Assembly (NCBI RefSeq): GCF_001194135.2
Contig: NC_068986.1
Location: 8,333,937 to 8,397,936, forward strand
DNA: 64,000 nucleotides
Source: Octopus bimaculoides
Lineage: Eukaryota
Direction: 5' to 3'
The notes under the pieces were generated by a model. It worked only from the letters and a program-made list of their open reading frames with translations, did not search any database and was not told where the DNA came from. Shown here one piece after another: positions 50,985 to 62,956 of this stretch. The position numbers and the translations under genes are program-made. The first letter of the stretch is position 1; each line of letters starts with the position of its first letter.

Positions 50985-51135
50985 AAATGTTTAGCGGCAT
51001 TTCATCCGTCTTTATGCTCTGAGTTCAAATTCTACCGAGATCGACTTTGCCTTTCATCCTTTCGGGGTCGATGAAATAAGTACTAGTTGAGTACTGTGAT
51101 CGACGTAATCGACTTGCTCCTACCCAAAATTTGAA
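50985..51135 (+). mobile_element. Truncated SINE S1
   Basis: GTTTAGCGGCATTTCATCCGTC...GAGTTCAAATTC...CCTTTCGGGGTCGATGAAATAAGTAC. Confidence 0.85.
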
Positions 51136-51138
51136 ATG

Positions 51139-51183
<45 letters not shown>

Positions 51184-51184
51184 T

Positions 51185-51573
51185 ACATACACAGAACAGA
51201 TTAGACTGTTGGAAAAGAAAAATTCCTAACATCGATCTACAAGTATTCTTAGATGGCAAGAACCCTCCTATTGGGTTACAGCAAGTAACCTTGGATGCCA
51301 AGAACCCTTCTAAGTATCCTAGCTGTCCCTAATAACATCGTTTTCTGCGGCTGTGCTAAACTGGGTTTTATGCCAATTTCCTCTATCCATCCATTCAGAT
51401 TTTTAGGGATACTTTCAAATGCACCTGTAACTACTGGGATACAATTTTACCGGCAGTCTGTAATTCAATGGCTAGGTCCTGATACTTTGCTATTTTTTCT
51501 ATACTTCTCATATTGATTTTTTCATCATTTGGGATTGTAAAGTCAGTTATCCGAAACTTCCTATTCTCTTTAT

Positions 51574-51637
<64 letters not shown>

Positions 51638-53400
51638 CAAATCAGGCCTTCTAGCTTCTATTACTCTGTCAGTCTGACATTTTATATTTCTCACTTTCTA
51701 GTACTTTTCTAGGTTCGTGTTCATGCCATTTATCAGTATGGTCAAATACTGATAAATGGTATGCACTCTACACAACTTACATAACCCTAACCCTAACCCC
51801 CGGTGGATTACTCTCCTTAGATTGTCATGTCTTTTCTGGTATTCTTTTTGTACCAGCATGCTACATTCACTTACTATATGAGTAACACTTTCCTCTTTTT
51901 ATTTGTACAACCTACATTTGAGAATCTACTTGGTTTTTGTTTATTTTGGATTTCATCTAATTATTCCTTAATGATTGATCTTGTGCTGCTACTAACAAAC
52001 TTTCTGTCTCCCTTTTCAACTTCCTTTCTGCCACCATAACCATGTTTCACTACTACTATTTGCAGCAACCATCTTTGGGAATCGACCATGCAAAACATTC
52101 TTCTGTCAGTGAGATAACGTTTGTTCTTTTTACTGATTTTTAAGTTCGTTTGGTTTTTCTTTTTTCTTTTTTCGGTTTCCCAATGTCTTACTGTGACTCT
52201 AGCAGCTCTTGATAAACTTTCTTCACTATTAACTGTATAAGAGCCTCTATCTACTCTAACTAACTCCACGCAGTCTTCCACTGATATTAACCCTCTTTCA
52301 CCTTCCTTTCTAGGTAGGTATAATCTCGCTACTCCTGTCCTTGGCTGGAGTCCTCCATTCATATTGAATTTCCTCCTAGCTTTGTTAATTCAGTTTTTCT
52401 CCAATCTAAAAAAGCTGCTGAGTATCTAAGTAACGATACTGCCCAAGTATTTACAGCATTCACAAGATTCGAACCATTTAGCATCGATTTCATTAGCTTC
52501 CTCATCCTTCTGATGTACTCCTCAATTTTCGCTTTCATTCTTGTAGTGTGTACTCTGTCAGACTCTAATACTCCTAGATACTTATAACTCTCTCCTCCTT
52601 TCAATGATTTTAATGTCTGTCCATCTGGTAATTGGAAGCCTTCGCTGTTGACTACCTGTCCCCTTCTCATGACCAATATTGCACATTTACCTCTGCCAAA
52701 TTCCATGCCTATATCTTTGCTGAAGAGTCTTATAGTCTGTATTAAAGAATCTGTCTTTTTCATTCTTACTAAAAAGCTTCAGATCATCCATGTAGAGCAA
52801 ATGGTTAATTTTTTCATTACTATTTCTGACCTGATACCCTGCCTTTGCCTTAATACTAAACTGAGGGGAATCAGTCATATAACAAATATTAAAGGGGACA
52901 ATTCCTCTCTTGATATTAACCTTCCCCAAAAGTGTGTCACCTGAGTACAGATCTACTTTCCATTTCTTTATGTTAAAGCTAATTAATTCTCTCATGTTGT
53001 GTGCCCTACAGAATATACTCAAACTTTCACTTATCCATGAGTGTGGGATCTTGTCATAGGCTTTCCTATAATTTATCCATGCTATTGTTAGATTTTCTTT
53101 CTGTTTTTTTTTACTTCACTTAGAAGTGCTTTGTTTTATTATGGAGTTTGGTTTGAATCTTTTGTTGTATTACCTACTGTATTGTGTGTTCTTTGTGCAA
53201 TGCAGGTTGTATTCTGTTTGGTATCAGACTTCTATGGCGGCACATGTTGTGGCTTTGTTAATTTTATTGGGGACTTATTGTATGAGTTTATTCCTGTATG
53301 TCTTTGGAGGAGTGTTACATAGTAGTGTGTATGTAAATCATAAATCGACCATTTCATAGTATTCGTGGTTGTCTGTCCATAGTTCTTTTTCTTTTTCTTT
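51185..53400 (-). mobile_element. R4/Dong-type LINE, family C: RT, CCHC knuckle and RLE, ending in (TAA)n
   Basis: WINYRKAYDKIPHSW, INHLLYMDDLKLF, GMEFGRGKC, YKYLGVLE, LYLPRKEGERGL, CRL...ESVTHIVSEC...RHDN, RRPDLV(n)DK...ITDF...EKIAKYQDL, LLGTARILRRVL; multiple frameshifts; (TAA)n at ~51140-51185. Confidence 0.92.
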
Positions 53401-53730
53401 TTTTTTTTTTGCTTGGTTCTGCTAAAGTCAGTCTGTACTGCGTTTAATCTTTCACAGATCACCGCCCATGGACATCTGTTGATGTTTCTTTCGTATTTAT
53501 AATCGTTATTGTTGTATAAGCGAGAGACCGAGACGAAAGAGCAATGTGCATGTATATAGACGGCCTGCATAGATATGGATGGATTCATATGTGATTAATA
53601 TGTGATTAAAATTTTACTCATAGGGTTGCATCTTTCGTATAGAAATATTGCAGTCCATCTGTTTATATTTTCAGGTAATTGTTGTATATATATATATATA
53701 TATTATCGGTCTGTTAAAGTCTGTCATACC

Positions 53731-53770
53731 GGCCATGACGAAGGGAAATAGCCCTGAAACTCGAGTCGCC
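53731..53770 (+). ncRNA. Minimal type-I hammerhead ribozyme with one extra A in the core
   Basis: GGC-C(A)TGACGA-AGGG aaatag CCCT-GAAA-C TCGA G-TC^-GCC: stems I and II pair perfectly, palindromic stem III ACTCGAGT, GUC cleavage triplet. Confidence 0.7.
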
Positions 53771-54014
53771 TTTATATATTTATATTTATATTTATATATT
53801 TATATATTTGATCCTTTATATTGAACACTCAATATTTCATCTACATTCAATACTTTCTTTCATGGTGCCATTCATTTTTATTTTATTTTATTTTATATTG
53901 TATATTGTATATTATATTATATATTGTATATTCCATATTCTACACCCCACATTAGTTCTGCAGGAATATAAATAAAACATAAAAAACAGACAGTGTTGGA
54001 ACTCTTTTAAACAA

Positions 54015-54050
<36 letters not shown>

Positions 54051-54052
<2 letters not shown>

Positions 54053-54073
54053 TAGTTTTAGGGAAAATAACCA
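54051..54073 (+). repeat. Second copy of the 23-bp terminus of the 28245-28526 module
   Basis: TATATAGTTTTAGGGAAAATAAC embedded in (TA)n next to an N gap. Confidence 0.85.
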
Positions 54074-54654
54074 TATATATATATATATATANNNNNNNNN
54101 NNNNNNNNNNNNNNNNNNNNNNNNNNNNNNNNNNNNNNNNNNNNNNNNNNNNNNNNNNNNNNNNNNNNNNNNNNNNNNNNNNNNNNNNNNNNNNNNNNNN
54201 NNNNNNNNNNNNNNNNNNNNNNNNNNNNNNNNNNNNNNNNNNNNNNNNNNNNNNNNNNNNNNNNNNNNNNNNNNNNNNNNNNNNNNNNNNNNNNNNNNNN
54301 NNNNNNNNNNNNNNNNNNNNNNNNNNNNNNNNNNNNNNNNNNNNNNNNNNNNNNNNNNNNNNNNNNNNNNNNNNNATATTTGGATTTGTACAGTTTTGTT
54401 CAAGTGAATGTTTAAGAAACCATAAGAAAATTATGTGTTTGCTTTAAAATTTGAGATCACATAGACAGTATTTTACGTAGGATATGGGCAGTTCCCATGA
54501 GCACTATCTTTTGAACTTCAGCCATTTTGGGGTTTCCTGGAATCTGATCTAGGTAGTAATCAGCCCGTTTCGCTGTCATTCCCAGGGCACCTATGACAAT
54601 AGGTATTGTTTTCGTCTTCAGATTCCACATTTTGCTAATTTCTATTTATTATTA

Positions 54655-55379
54655 TTATGTTGATTTTTTCTTCTTTCTTCAAATTTTCTTCCATTTCTCG
54701 CCGAGTGTTTTCTGTACACCTAGGGCAGAGAAGCTTATTGTATGCATTCCCGGTTCACACACCCAAATTCACAGGTAAAATATGTATGTAAATTAATAAA
54801 TAAATAAATAAATAAATTCATGAATGGAGGTTGTTTTCACAGCGATAATGCTCTTCTCAGTATATGAGTCGTTCCAGTTAACACAATTTTTGCACTCCCT
54901 GTAGTGATGGTAAGCTTGGTATCATTTTCAAATAGGTTTCAGCACCTTTTTTTTTATCATTCCTAGAGATCCTACAATCACTGGTACGGTAGTCGCCTTG
55001 AGATGCCACATTTTTTCAATTTCTATTAGCAAGTCTTTATATTTGCTGATCTTGTCAAACTCTTTCGCCGCTATATTGTGATCACAACGAATACTCACGT
55101 CAATTAATAAACACATCTTCTTTGATCTTTTATAATAATATCCGGTTTATTAGCTTTCATAGTTTCGTCGGTATGTACGGAGAAGTCCCAGAGAATCAAC
55201 ACATTTTCTTCCTCAGTCACAGCTTCAGGATGATGTTTATAACATTTGTCAGCGGTTTTGATTCTTCTATAATGCCGACATATTGTCCAGTGTAAATACT
55301 GGTCGACTCTGTCATGTCTTGCATTCTACAAGTGCTAAGACTCTACACCCTGAGATTAGGTGGTCTATAGTTTCAATCA

Positions 55380-55380
<1 letters not shown>
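54655..55380 (-). mobile_element. R4/Dong-type LINE 3' portion, family B
   Basis: ETIDHLISGC...HWTICRHY...LWDFSVHTD..KANKPDIII...LIDVSIRCDHNIAAKEFDKISKYKDLLIEIEKMW; (TAA)n on both sides. Confidence 0.9.
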
Positions 55381-55459
<79 letters not shown>

Positions 55460-55460
<1 letters not shown>

Positions 55461-55750
55461 GTGATGAGAACTCACAGCTTATTTTGTTGGGTATGATGGA
55501 AAGCGTCAGCTGTCGATAGCCAGAAGGCTAAGGTGACACTTGTTTACTGGTCATGCTTCAAGAAGTCTGCGAAGAATTCTTGTGGTTCCAAGCAATGCTG
55601 ATTTTTGTAGGACGTCTACCTTCACACTTCCACCAATGTTTTTTTTAGTTATGTCGGTAGTTGAGTGCTAATTCTTCCGAGTGCACCAATTATTGACCAC
55701 AGCCTTCGTATTTCTATTTTTCGCATCTACTCTCCTCATTGACCACAAAT
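55460..55750 (-). mobile_element. R4/Dong-type LINE 3' end, family D
   Basis: LWSMRRV...IIGALGRI...VDVLQKSALLGTTRILRRLLEA*; (TAA)n tail at 55381-55459 and (TAA/TGA)n upstream at 55750-55797. Confidence 0.8.
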
Positions 55751-56169
55751 TATTATCATCATCATCATCATCATTATTATTATTATTATTATTATTAGTC
55801 AAGACGAAGAGTGCGATTTTAGATGTTTTATTTTTTGAACAACATTTCGACAGAACGTCTGTCTTTCTCAAGTTCAAACCAAAAGGTGATTGAAAATTCA
55901 AAATTTCAGAAACCAAACGTAAACTATGAACGTGAGTAACTAGCGTCCATACGTTGATAGAATGACATCATCAGCTTTTGTCAGTTTTTTAATAAGCAGA
56001 AAGAAAGAAAGAAAAAGGAAGACGACAGAAAAAGAAAAGAAAAAGAGAGAAAGAAGAATATTCAATCAAACAGTTTTGTATAAATTTGATGATATTCTCC
56101 TGTCATCTTATTCATTCCTCCAGGGCGTGATGTCAATAACCCGCAAACATATTTCTCCTCATACATTCT

Positions 56170-56208
56170 GTTTATTATTATTTATTATTATTATATTATT
56201 TATTATTA

Positions 56209-56281
<73 letters not shown>

Positions 56282-56285
56282 CATT
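56170..56285. repeat. (ATT)n microsatellite
   Basis: Directly visible. Confidence 0.95.
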
Positions 56286-56919
56286 TTGTGCCTTTTAATC
56301 AGTTCGATCTTTCTACAACTCTGTTATATCCAACCGTAACATAACATCATCTCTATTTATTTAAGGTACAACTTTTCCTCCTTTGTTCCACAAAATATCT
56401 TTATTTCAGTCACTTTAACAAATGATCTGTGGTATGCTATAAACTTTTCAGCCTACTGCATCTTCTCTTCAAATTCGAAAACCCGAGGTTCTTTCAAGCT
56501 TTCTAGGAATAAGATGTAACATCATCCAGTTTTATACCTCTACTCCATCATCGTGTTATTACATCTATGATTTCTCCCTTGTTAATACCATCGTCACGCC
56601 TAACCCCTAACACCTTACAATATCAAGTACTCCCTTGCGCTCATAACACAAGTCACTATTCACATTTCCACTGTGTAATCGCATAACAGCCGAAAACTTC
56701 TGCTGGTTTTACCGTTAGGTTATTCAAGTTACCTTTACATCTCATTTTTCGCATTTCTAAAGTGATGCTGAGAATAAATGTAAACTTAATGCTTATATCT
56801 GAATTACTTTCATGTGAGTGAACAAGATATCACGGTCGAATGTCTCAATCACTAGAATATAATTTCTTCCAGAATATTCTATGTTACCATGTTTCCTAAT
56901 TATCTCGTCAAGTTTCTTA

Positions 56920-57515
56920 CATGTGACAAACAAATGTTTTCCGAGAAAGTAACGACCCATTCATCCGAGAACCGAATCTAGAAAATTCTGCGATAGGTCG
57001 TCGGCGACTAAACTGGCAGCCCCACCGAGCTTGTTTGGTGAGGAGGGTGGTTTTTGGATACTCTTCGGCACGAAAAATAAGACCCGTCAAAGGGCCGAAA
57101 AACATCTATGTAGTCAAGGGCCAATTCAACAAGTACCTTGTCGCAGTGAAGTGCCTCTGTGCTCCATTGACCCGGACAACTATGCTGGAGGGAGAGAAAT
57201 CTTCAGGCAGGTCTTACCAGGTCAGACAGGTCGAAGGGTAGGAGACAGATAAAACCTTAACGACAATAATTCGAAGCGTCGGCAGCAGGGCGTGGATTTA
57301 GTTATTGGCAGGACCTAACAGATGAGATACCTGACTTTGAACTAGCAGGATGTCATGCAGAGGATCTTGAATACAAGACAATGGAAGAGACCCTAATGTT
57401 CCTAGTTAGATGGAAACTGCGGGACCACATGGAACAGCGCTCTATGACTCCTCTAGAATACGCAACTGAAACCCCTAAAAGGGGCGTCCTATGGGACGAC
57501 CTAGATAAGAGATGA
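56920..57515 (+). mobile_element. Relic with a C-terminal chromodomain-like segment (possible integrase C-terminus)
   Basis: Open frame 57270-57515 includes TLMFLVRWKLRDHMEQRSMTPLEY...VLWDDLDKR*; the upstream frame has KSSGRSYQVRQVEG, loosely like Gypsy integrase C-termini. No DDE or RT seen. Confidence 0.35.
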
Positions 57516-57813
57516 ATATTTCCAAACTTAAGAAATTTCCATAAAAGTTGAGCCAAAACTGCTAAGCTTTATTCAAAGAAGAAACAAACTTTTAAAGTTA
57601 GATAATGAAGTTTTTGCATTCGTCCAAATTAGAATATTCTTTTTACTCGTCCATCATATTTCTGAATGTCACCTGCTATAATTCCTTCCACATTTTACAT
57701 CCAAGATATTTCTCAGGAATTTTAGTTCTTTTCGATTATCCATTTGCACATAACGGATACTGATCGCTGAAAACGTTATATTACGCACGCACGCACGCGC
57801 GCGCGCAGACACA

Positions 57814-57885
<72 letters not shown>

Positions 57886-58397
57886 GGGTCATATGGCCAA
57901 TTGTACAACAGCGATGTCAAAATATAACAATCATTTTCAGCACATATCCTGTAGAGTATACACTGCACACACAACATTTTAATTAGCATCTTGTATTTGT
58001 AACACAGATATTTACAATTGAAAGACAAGTTAGCTTCCTTTCATTCGTTCCTTGTACTTTTGGCTCAGTTTTCACACAATAAACTATTTTTCCAGTAAGT
58101 TTGGCTCCTTGGGTTTCCTTTTCTCTCTGTTGTCAGAATACTTCATCTGGCTTCATTAATCTGCAGCCTCTGCTCCTGGGTGTAACCGAACAAACAGCAC
58201 TCAATAAAGTAATGACACCATTTTACATGATGTTATAGATCATCGTTTATTTGACTAAATCATTTAAAGTTGCCTCAACACTAATCAGCTTCCGAATGAT
58301 TATTACAATTCTCTGGGTTGTTGATATGCTTATATACTTGGGAAAGGGTGGGGGGGAGAAGCCTTTCTTTTAAAACTCCGACTTCACAATCAATAAG

Positions 58398-58476
<79 letters not shown>

Positions 58477-58499
58477 GTGTGTGTGTGCACATGTGTCTA

Positions 58500-58550
<51 letters not shown>

Positions 58551-58555
58551 GTATG

Positions 58556-58860
58556 AAGGCGCGTAGCTTAGTGGCTAGCGTATTTGGCTCGCGATCGTAA
58601 AGTCGTGAGATCGATACCCAGCGTCGCGTTGTGTCCTTGATCAAGACACTTTATTTCATGTCACTCCAGTGCACTCAGTTTGAAAAAATGAGTTGTACCT
58701 GTAATTCAAACGGGGTGGGGGGAAGCCTTGTCACATTCTGTGTCACGCTGAATCGCCCTTGAGAAGTGATCAGCTTCTGGCATATAAATTTTGTGAGTAG
58801 GCTGTTCCAGTTGGTTGGATCAACCGGAGCATTGGTCGTTATAATAGACGAAGTGCCAGT
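58556..58860 (+). mobile_element. tRNA-derived SINE, family S3
   Basis: GGCGCGTAGCTTAGTGGCTAGCG (A box), GAGATCGATACC (B-box-like), then GTGTCCTTGATCAAGACACTT body; flanked by (TG)n and (TA)n. Confidence 0.75.
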
Positions 58861-58871
58861 TTATATATATG

Positions 58872-58941
<70 letters not shown>

Positions 58942-58947
<6 letters not shown>

Positions 58948-58968
58948 GATAGATAGAGAGAGAGATAT

Positions 58969-59017
<49 letters not shown>

Positions 59018-59056
59018 CATACAGACAGACAGACGGACAGATAGATAGATAGATAT

Positions 59057-59092
<36 letters not shown>

Positions 59093-59110
59093 GTAGATAG
59101 ATAGACGGAT
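58942..59110. repeat. (GATA)n/(GACA)n microsatellite
   Basis: Directly visible. Confidence 0.96.
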
Positions 59111-59190
59111 GGATATGTATGGATCAAAGTAGTTTGNNNNNNNNNNNNNNNNNNNNNNNNNNNNNNNNNNNNNNNNNNNNNNNNNNNNNN

Positions 59191-59250
<60 letters not shown>

Positions 59251-60187
59251 GTGTATGTACGTGTGTGTGTGTGTGTGCGTGTGTGTATGTACGCATGTAT
59301 GTATGTAAAACTTACCACGGAAACTGTATACGTCTCCCTCAACTGTATACGACCTCCCGTTGCCATGCTAAATGATTAATTAAGTAGGTTTCTTGAGCAA
59401 CTGTCTGTACGCATTGGTCTCTAGTGCGTATTAAGCTAAAGAGGAAGATAATAACAATAGTTCCTTCATGTCTAGAAGAGGAATTAAAACGATATTTAAA
59501 TTACTTCCACCAAACATCTACATAAATTTACGCTAAAATTTTCAATAATGGCTTTTAAAAGATTGTATGGAATTCTTAGGCAAATTCCAAGTTTTCTTAT
59601 CAGAGTTCTAATATAAAAATGCTTTTATACTGAAATATAAATATCGATGAATATTCATACCAATATCGCTGTTGAGATTGAAGATTACCTGATTAAGTCG
59701 ACAACAGAAAAAAAAAAATGATCACCCTTTATAAATCCTTAATTGAAATTGTTAGTAGAACATTAGTTGAGAACGTCAATATCTTTCTTATATTAGCGAC
59801 GGTTTATATTCAAACAGATGCCAATGAGAGAGAATATTGGCCACTGAACACAAAGAATGCGTTTGGGTTTATGCAAACACCGCGTAATTCTGTGTTACTC
59901 TAATGAAACGACAACAATGTTATTTATTTGAATATCTATTAATTGTAGTAAAATCGGTTGCTCCATTATTCATTTCTCTTCTCTTTTTTTTTTTTTTAGT
60001 CAAGAAATCGAGCTTTATCAAAGACGTATCTTGAGGACTGATGTGGCATCAGCTACATAACGCGAAACATACTCGAACAATGTGTACAAATATCATTCAG
60101 ACACCGATTGATATGAAGGTCACAGAATTACTATTGTTTTTTTTTTCTTTTTTTTCTTTTTTTTTTAGTCCGAATATGTTACCAGTA

Positions 60188-60368
60188 AAGCATGAAGCTG
60201 GTAGAATCGTTGGTACACCGCAAAAAACGCTTAGCGACATTTTGTCCATTTTTATGTTCTGAATTAAAATTCCGCCGAGTTCGACCTTGACTTTCATCCT
60301 TTTGGGATCGATAAAATAAGTACCCACTCCCCATAAATTGCTGGCCGTGTGTCAAAATTTGAAACCAA
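60188..60368 (+). mobile_element. Diverged SINE S1 (tail type b)
   Basis: GCTGGTAGAATCGTTGG...AAATTCCGCCGAG...GATCGATAAAATAAGTAC...AAATTGCTGGCCGTGTGTCAAAATTTGAAACC. Confidence 0.8.
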
Positions 60369-60647
60369 CATATTTTACCAGTCATCTAATGGGAACTTTA
60401 TAAAATCTATCAAAGCGAGGATTTGTAAACAACTTCCCAATACAAGAAACATCATATTAGTTATGACATTGTACTGTTAAATGACTTTCAGTAAGTAATA
60501 AAATATCTACATTTATTTCGGCAGACACACAACATTGTAAATATCGTTAATGTGTTGTTTTTACATATAACCAACGTAATAAATCATGTTATACCAATAT
60601 TGTAATGTAATTCTCAGCAGAAGTTCTATGCTTGTTCATGAAATAAA

Positions 60648-60704
<57 letters not shown>

Positions 60705-60736
60705 TTTGGAAATTGAAACTTTTATATTATATTACA

Positions 60737-60900
60737 CATGTGGCTGTTTGGATGAGAATCATGCTTCCCAACCATGTGGTCATGGGTTCAATCATACAGC
60801 GCAGCACCTTAGGTTAGTGTCTTCTACTATAGCCCAGGTACGCCCAAAATTTTGTGAGTGAATTTGGTAGAAGGAAACTGAAAGAAGCCCGTCGCATATA
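60737..60900 (+). mobile_element. SINE S2, 5' half
   Basis: GTGGCTGTTTGG...GGGTTCAATC...GTGTCTTCTACTATAGCC...GGAAACTGAAAGAAGCCCGTCG. Confidence 0.8.
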
Positions 60901-61710
60901 TACCATTCTTTCTTCCCTCCACACTGTACTATATTATTCATGTTCAACCATCATTCAATCTCATTCATCATTCATCAGTTAAAAAATGGAACTAGCAACT
61001 TCCACTACTCCTTACCATGGATTATCTTCGAGCATTCTCATTTGCCTCTACTAATGGACCTTACCTATAACTTCCTTATTCTTTTAATCATGGAACTGCG
61101 TAACACCTATTTTATTCTGATCCTTCCTTCATTTTTCTTATAAGTTGAAATATACCAATATTGAGCATATTTGTTCCTTTTTACATTTCTCTGACTCCTG
61201 CCTCTCTGATGACGAACTTAAGAAATCCTTACTCACTATCATGAACCACATGCTTAGCTATTCTAGAAACAGCAGAAAGAGACTCTAAATATTTATATTC
61301 TCTAGATTAATTGTTTTTTGCTTTTTCACTTCTTATTTTAATCTATATCCACCCGCTCAAGGAGAAACCACTTCTAGTTGTCTCTATAAGTTGCAGCTTA
61401 AACCGGAGTTTTAGTTGTAAACCAAACTGAGCATTCACAGTACATGCCTAATACATTATGCCAGTTGACGAAAACTCCTTTTACATTCTATATATATATA
61501 TATATATATATAAGAAAAAAAGATTAAAAAATACACGCAACCATATTCTCACAATACATACACATAAAACCTCCTGCGTTCATAACGTCTACATATGTAC
61601 ACACTCACAAAAACATGTTTATGTACATGCACATACACACACAAACATATATGTGCATGTACATAATCATACATACATACTTATCAACACGCACACGCAC
61701 ACATGTATAC

Positions 61711-61792
<82 letters not shown>

Positions 61793-61913
61793 ACACAACT
61801 TCATCTTCATATACACATAGGTATCTGCATGCCTACATATACAGGCATATATTTACACTCCCACACATACGTATATACATATGTGTGTACACAAACACAC
61901 ACACACACACACT

Positions 61914-61963
<50 letters not shown>

Positions 61964-62229
61964 CATATCCATCTTCCTATCACACACCTACACCCGCACA
62001 TGTACAAACATATGCATATCCGTATAAATGAAGAAGACGTGCGCATGAAAGTCGCACTTTCGCACCGGACACAGTCTTACGCTCACGTACATACATATGC
62101 GCACACACATATATACACACGCACACACATATACATATAAAATATATACGTACATATACTCACACACGTACCCATTCACACAATTAAAAAGGAAAAAAAT
62201 GAAAAGACATGGAAAGCTTGTGCAGGAAC

Positions 62230-62575
62230 ATAGTAAAAATGCGGATTCTATCCGTGATCTTAGGGGTGGGGCCAAAACCATAACAGGTATTTTGTCACAT
62301 GTGGACATGATCCAAAGAGTTCAGTTCTTGAATTTAGACATGTAGCGGTGTCCAAGGAACATTTCCAGACCATCCATCTTTCCATATTACAAAGACCGCA
62401 CTTGCCAATACCGTTGGTATAAGGTTTACACTTGGCTAAGATCTTCCAGTAAATCCTGTAGCTGACATCTTGTTCTTTGAAGAACCATGTGTAACTGGAT
62501 AATTTGGTAGTTTTTCGTTTATTCCAGTGCCTGAAGCTTAAGGTGTGATTGATGAATCTTGCTTTGAAATTTCCC
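62230..62575 (-). mobile_element. Penelope-like GIY-YIG, C-terminal half (inverted)
   Basis: GNFKARFINHTLSFRH...TKLSSYTW..K....YRIYWKIL....PY......CGLCNMER...LNSRTELFGSCPH is a typical PLE endonuclease tail. Confidence 0.85.
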
Positions 62576-62664
62576 AGCTTACACACCTGCTATTAGGCCA
62601 GAAATAAAGGAAAGAAAACATTAGACACAGGAAAATTATCTGCCCCTTACTCCCCCGAAGTGAC

Positions 62665-62955
62665 CTTTAATATTTCTTGACACTTATAGATAGACATTTT
62701 CCAATACATCATAAATATAGGAACCTCTTTAATAGGCGAAACCTAAAAATTAGTTTTAGTTCAACCCCAAATTTTAAAAACATAATTACACACAATGCAA
62801 AACAACACGAAGCCAGATGTTCCTTCAGGGATAAAGACTTGTGTCCGCTAAATGGAGCATGTATGACAGAGGCCATTATTTATGAAGCCACCGTAAATTC
62901 TACGAACGCTAATAACACAGTTTCGTCAAAGAGATATGTGGGTCTCACGGAGAGA
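62665..62955 (+). mobile_element. Penelope-like RT-EN linker and GIY-YIG N-terminal half
   Basis: LIDRHFP.HHKY..LFNR..LKISFS..PN....I..HN...CSFRDKDLCPLNGAC....IIYEA.V......RYVGLTE. Confidence 0.85.
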
Positions 62956-62956
62956 A

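Noticed and set aside
51782-51799. Interstitial telomere or chromosome fusion site
   Set aside because: Only three units, in frame within a LINE ORF; kept only as a minor micro-rearrangement finding.
55895-55978. CTGATGA...GAAA on the - strand
   Set aside because: Stem II closes with a mismatch and stem I has only 2 weak pairs.
58110-58250. Acceptor-like site, short ORF and AATAAA suggesting a terminal exon
   Set aside because: 33 codons with no recognisable similarity; such signals are common by chance in AT-rich DNA.
58556-58630. tRNA-like heads here and at other SINE 5' ends
   Set aside because: A/B boxes are present but no complete cloverleaf; they continue into SINE bodies, so they are not tRNA genes.
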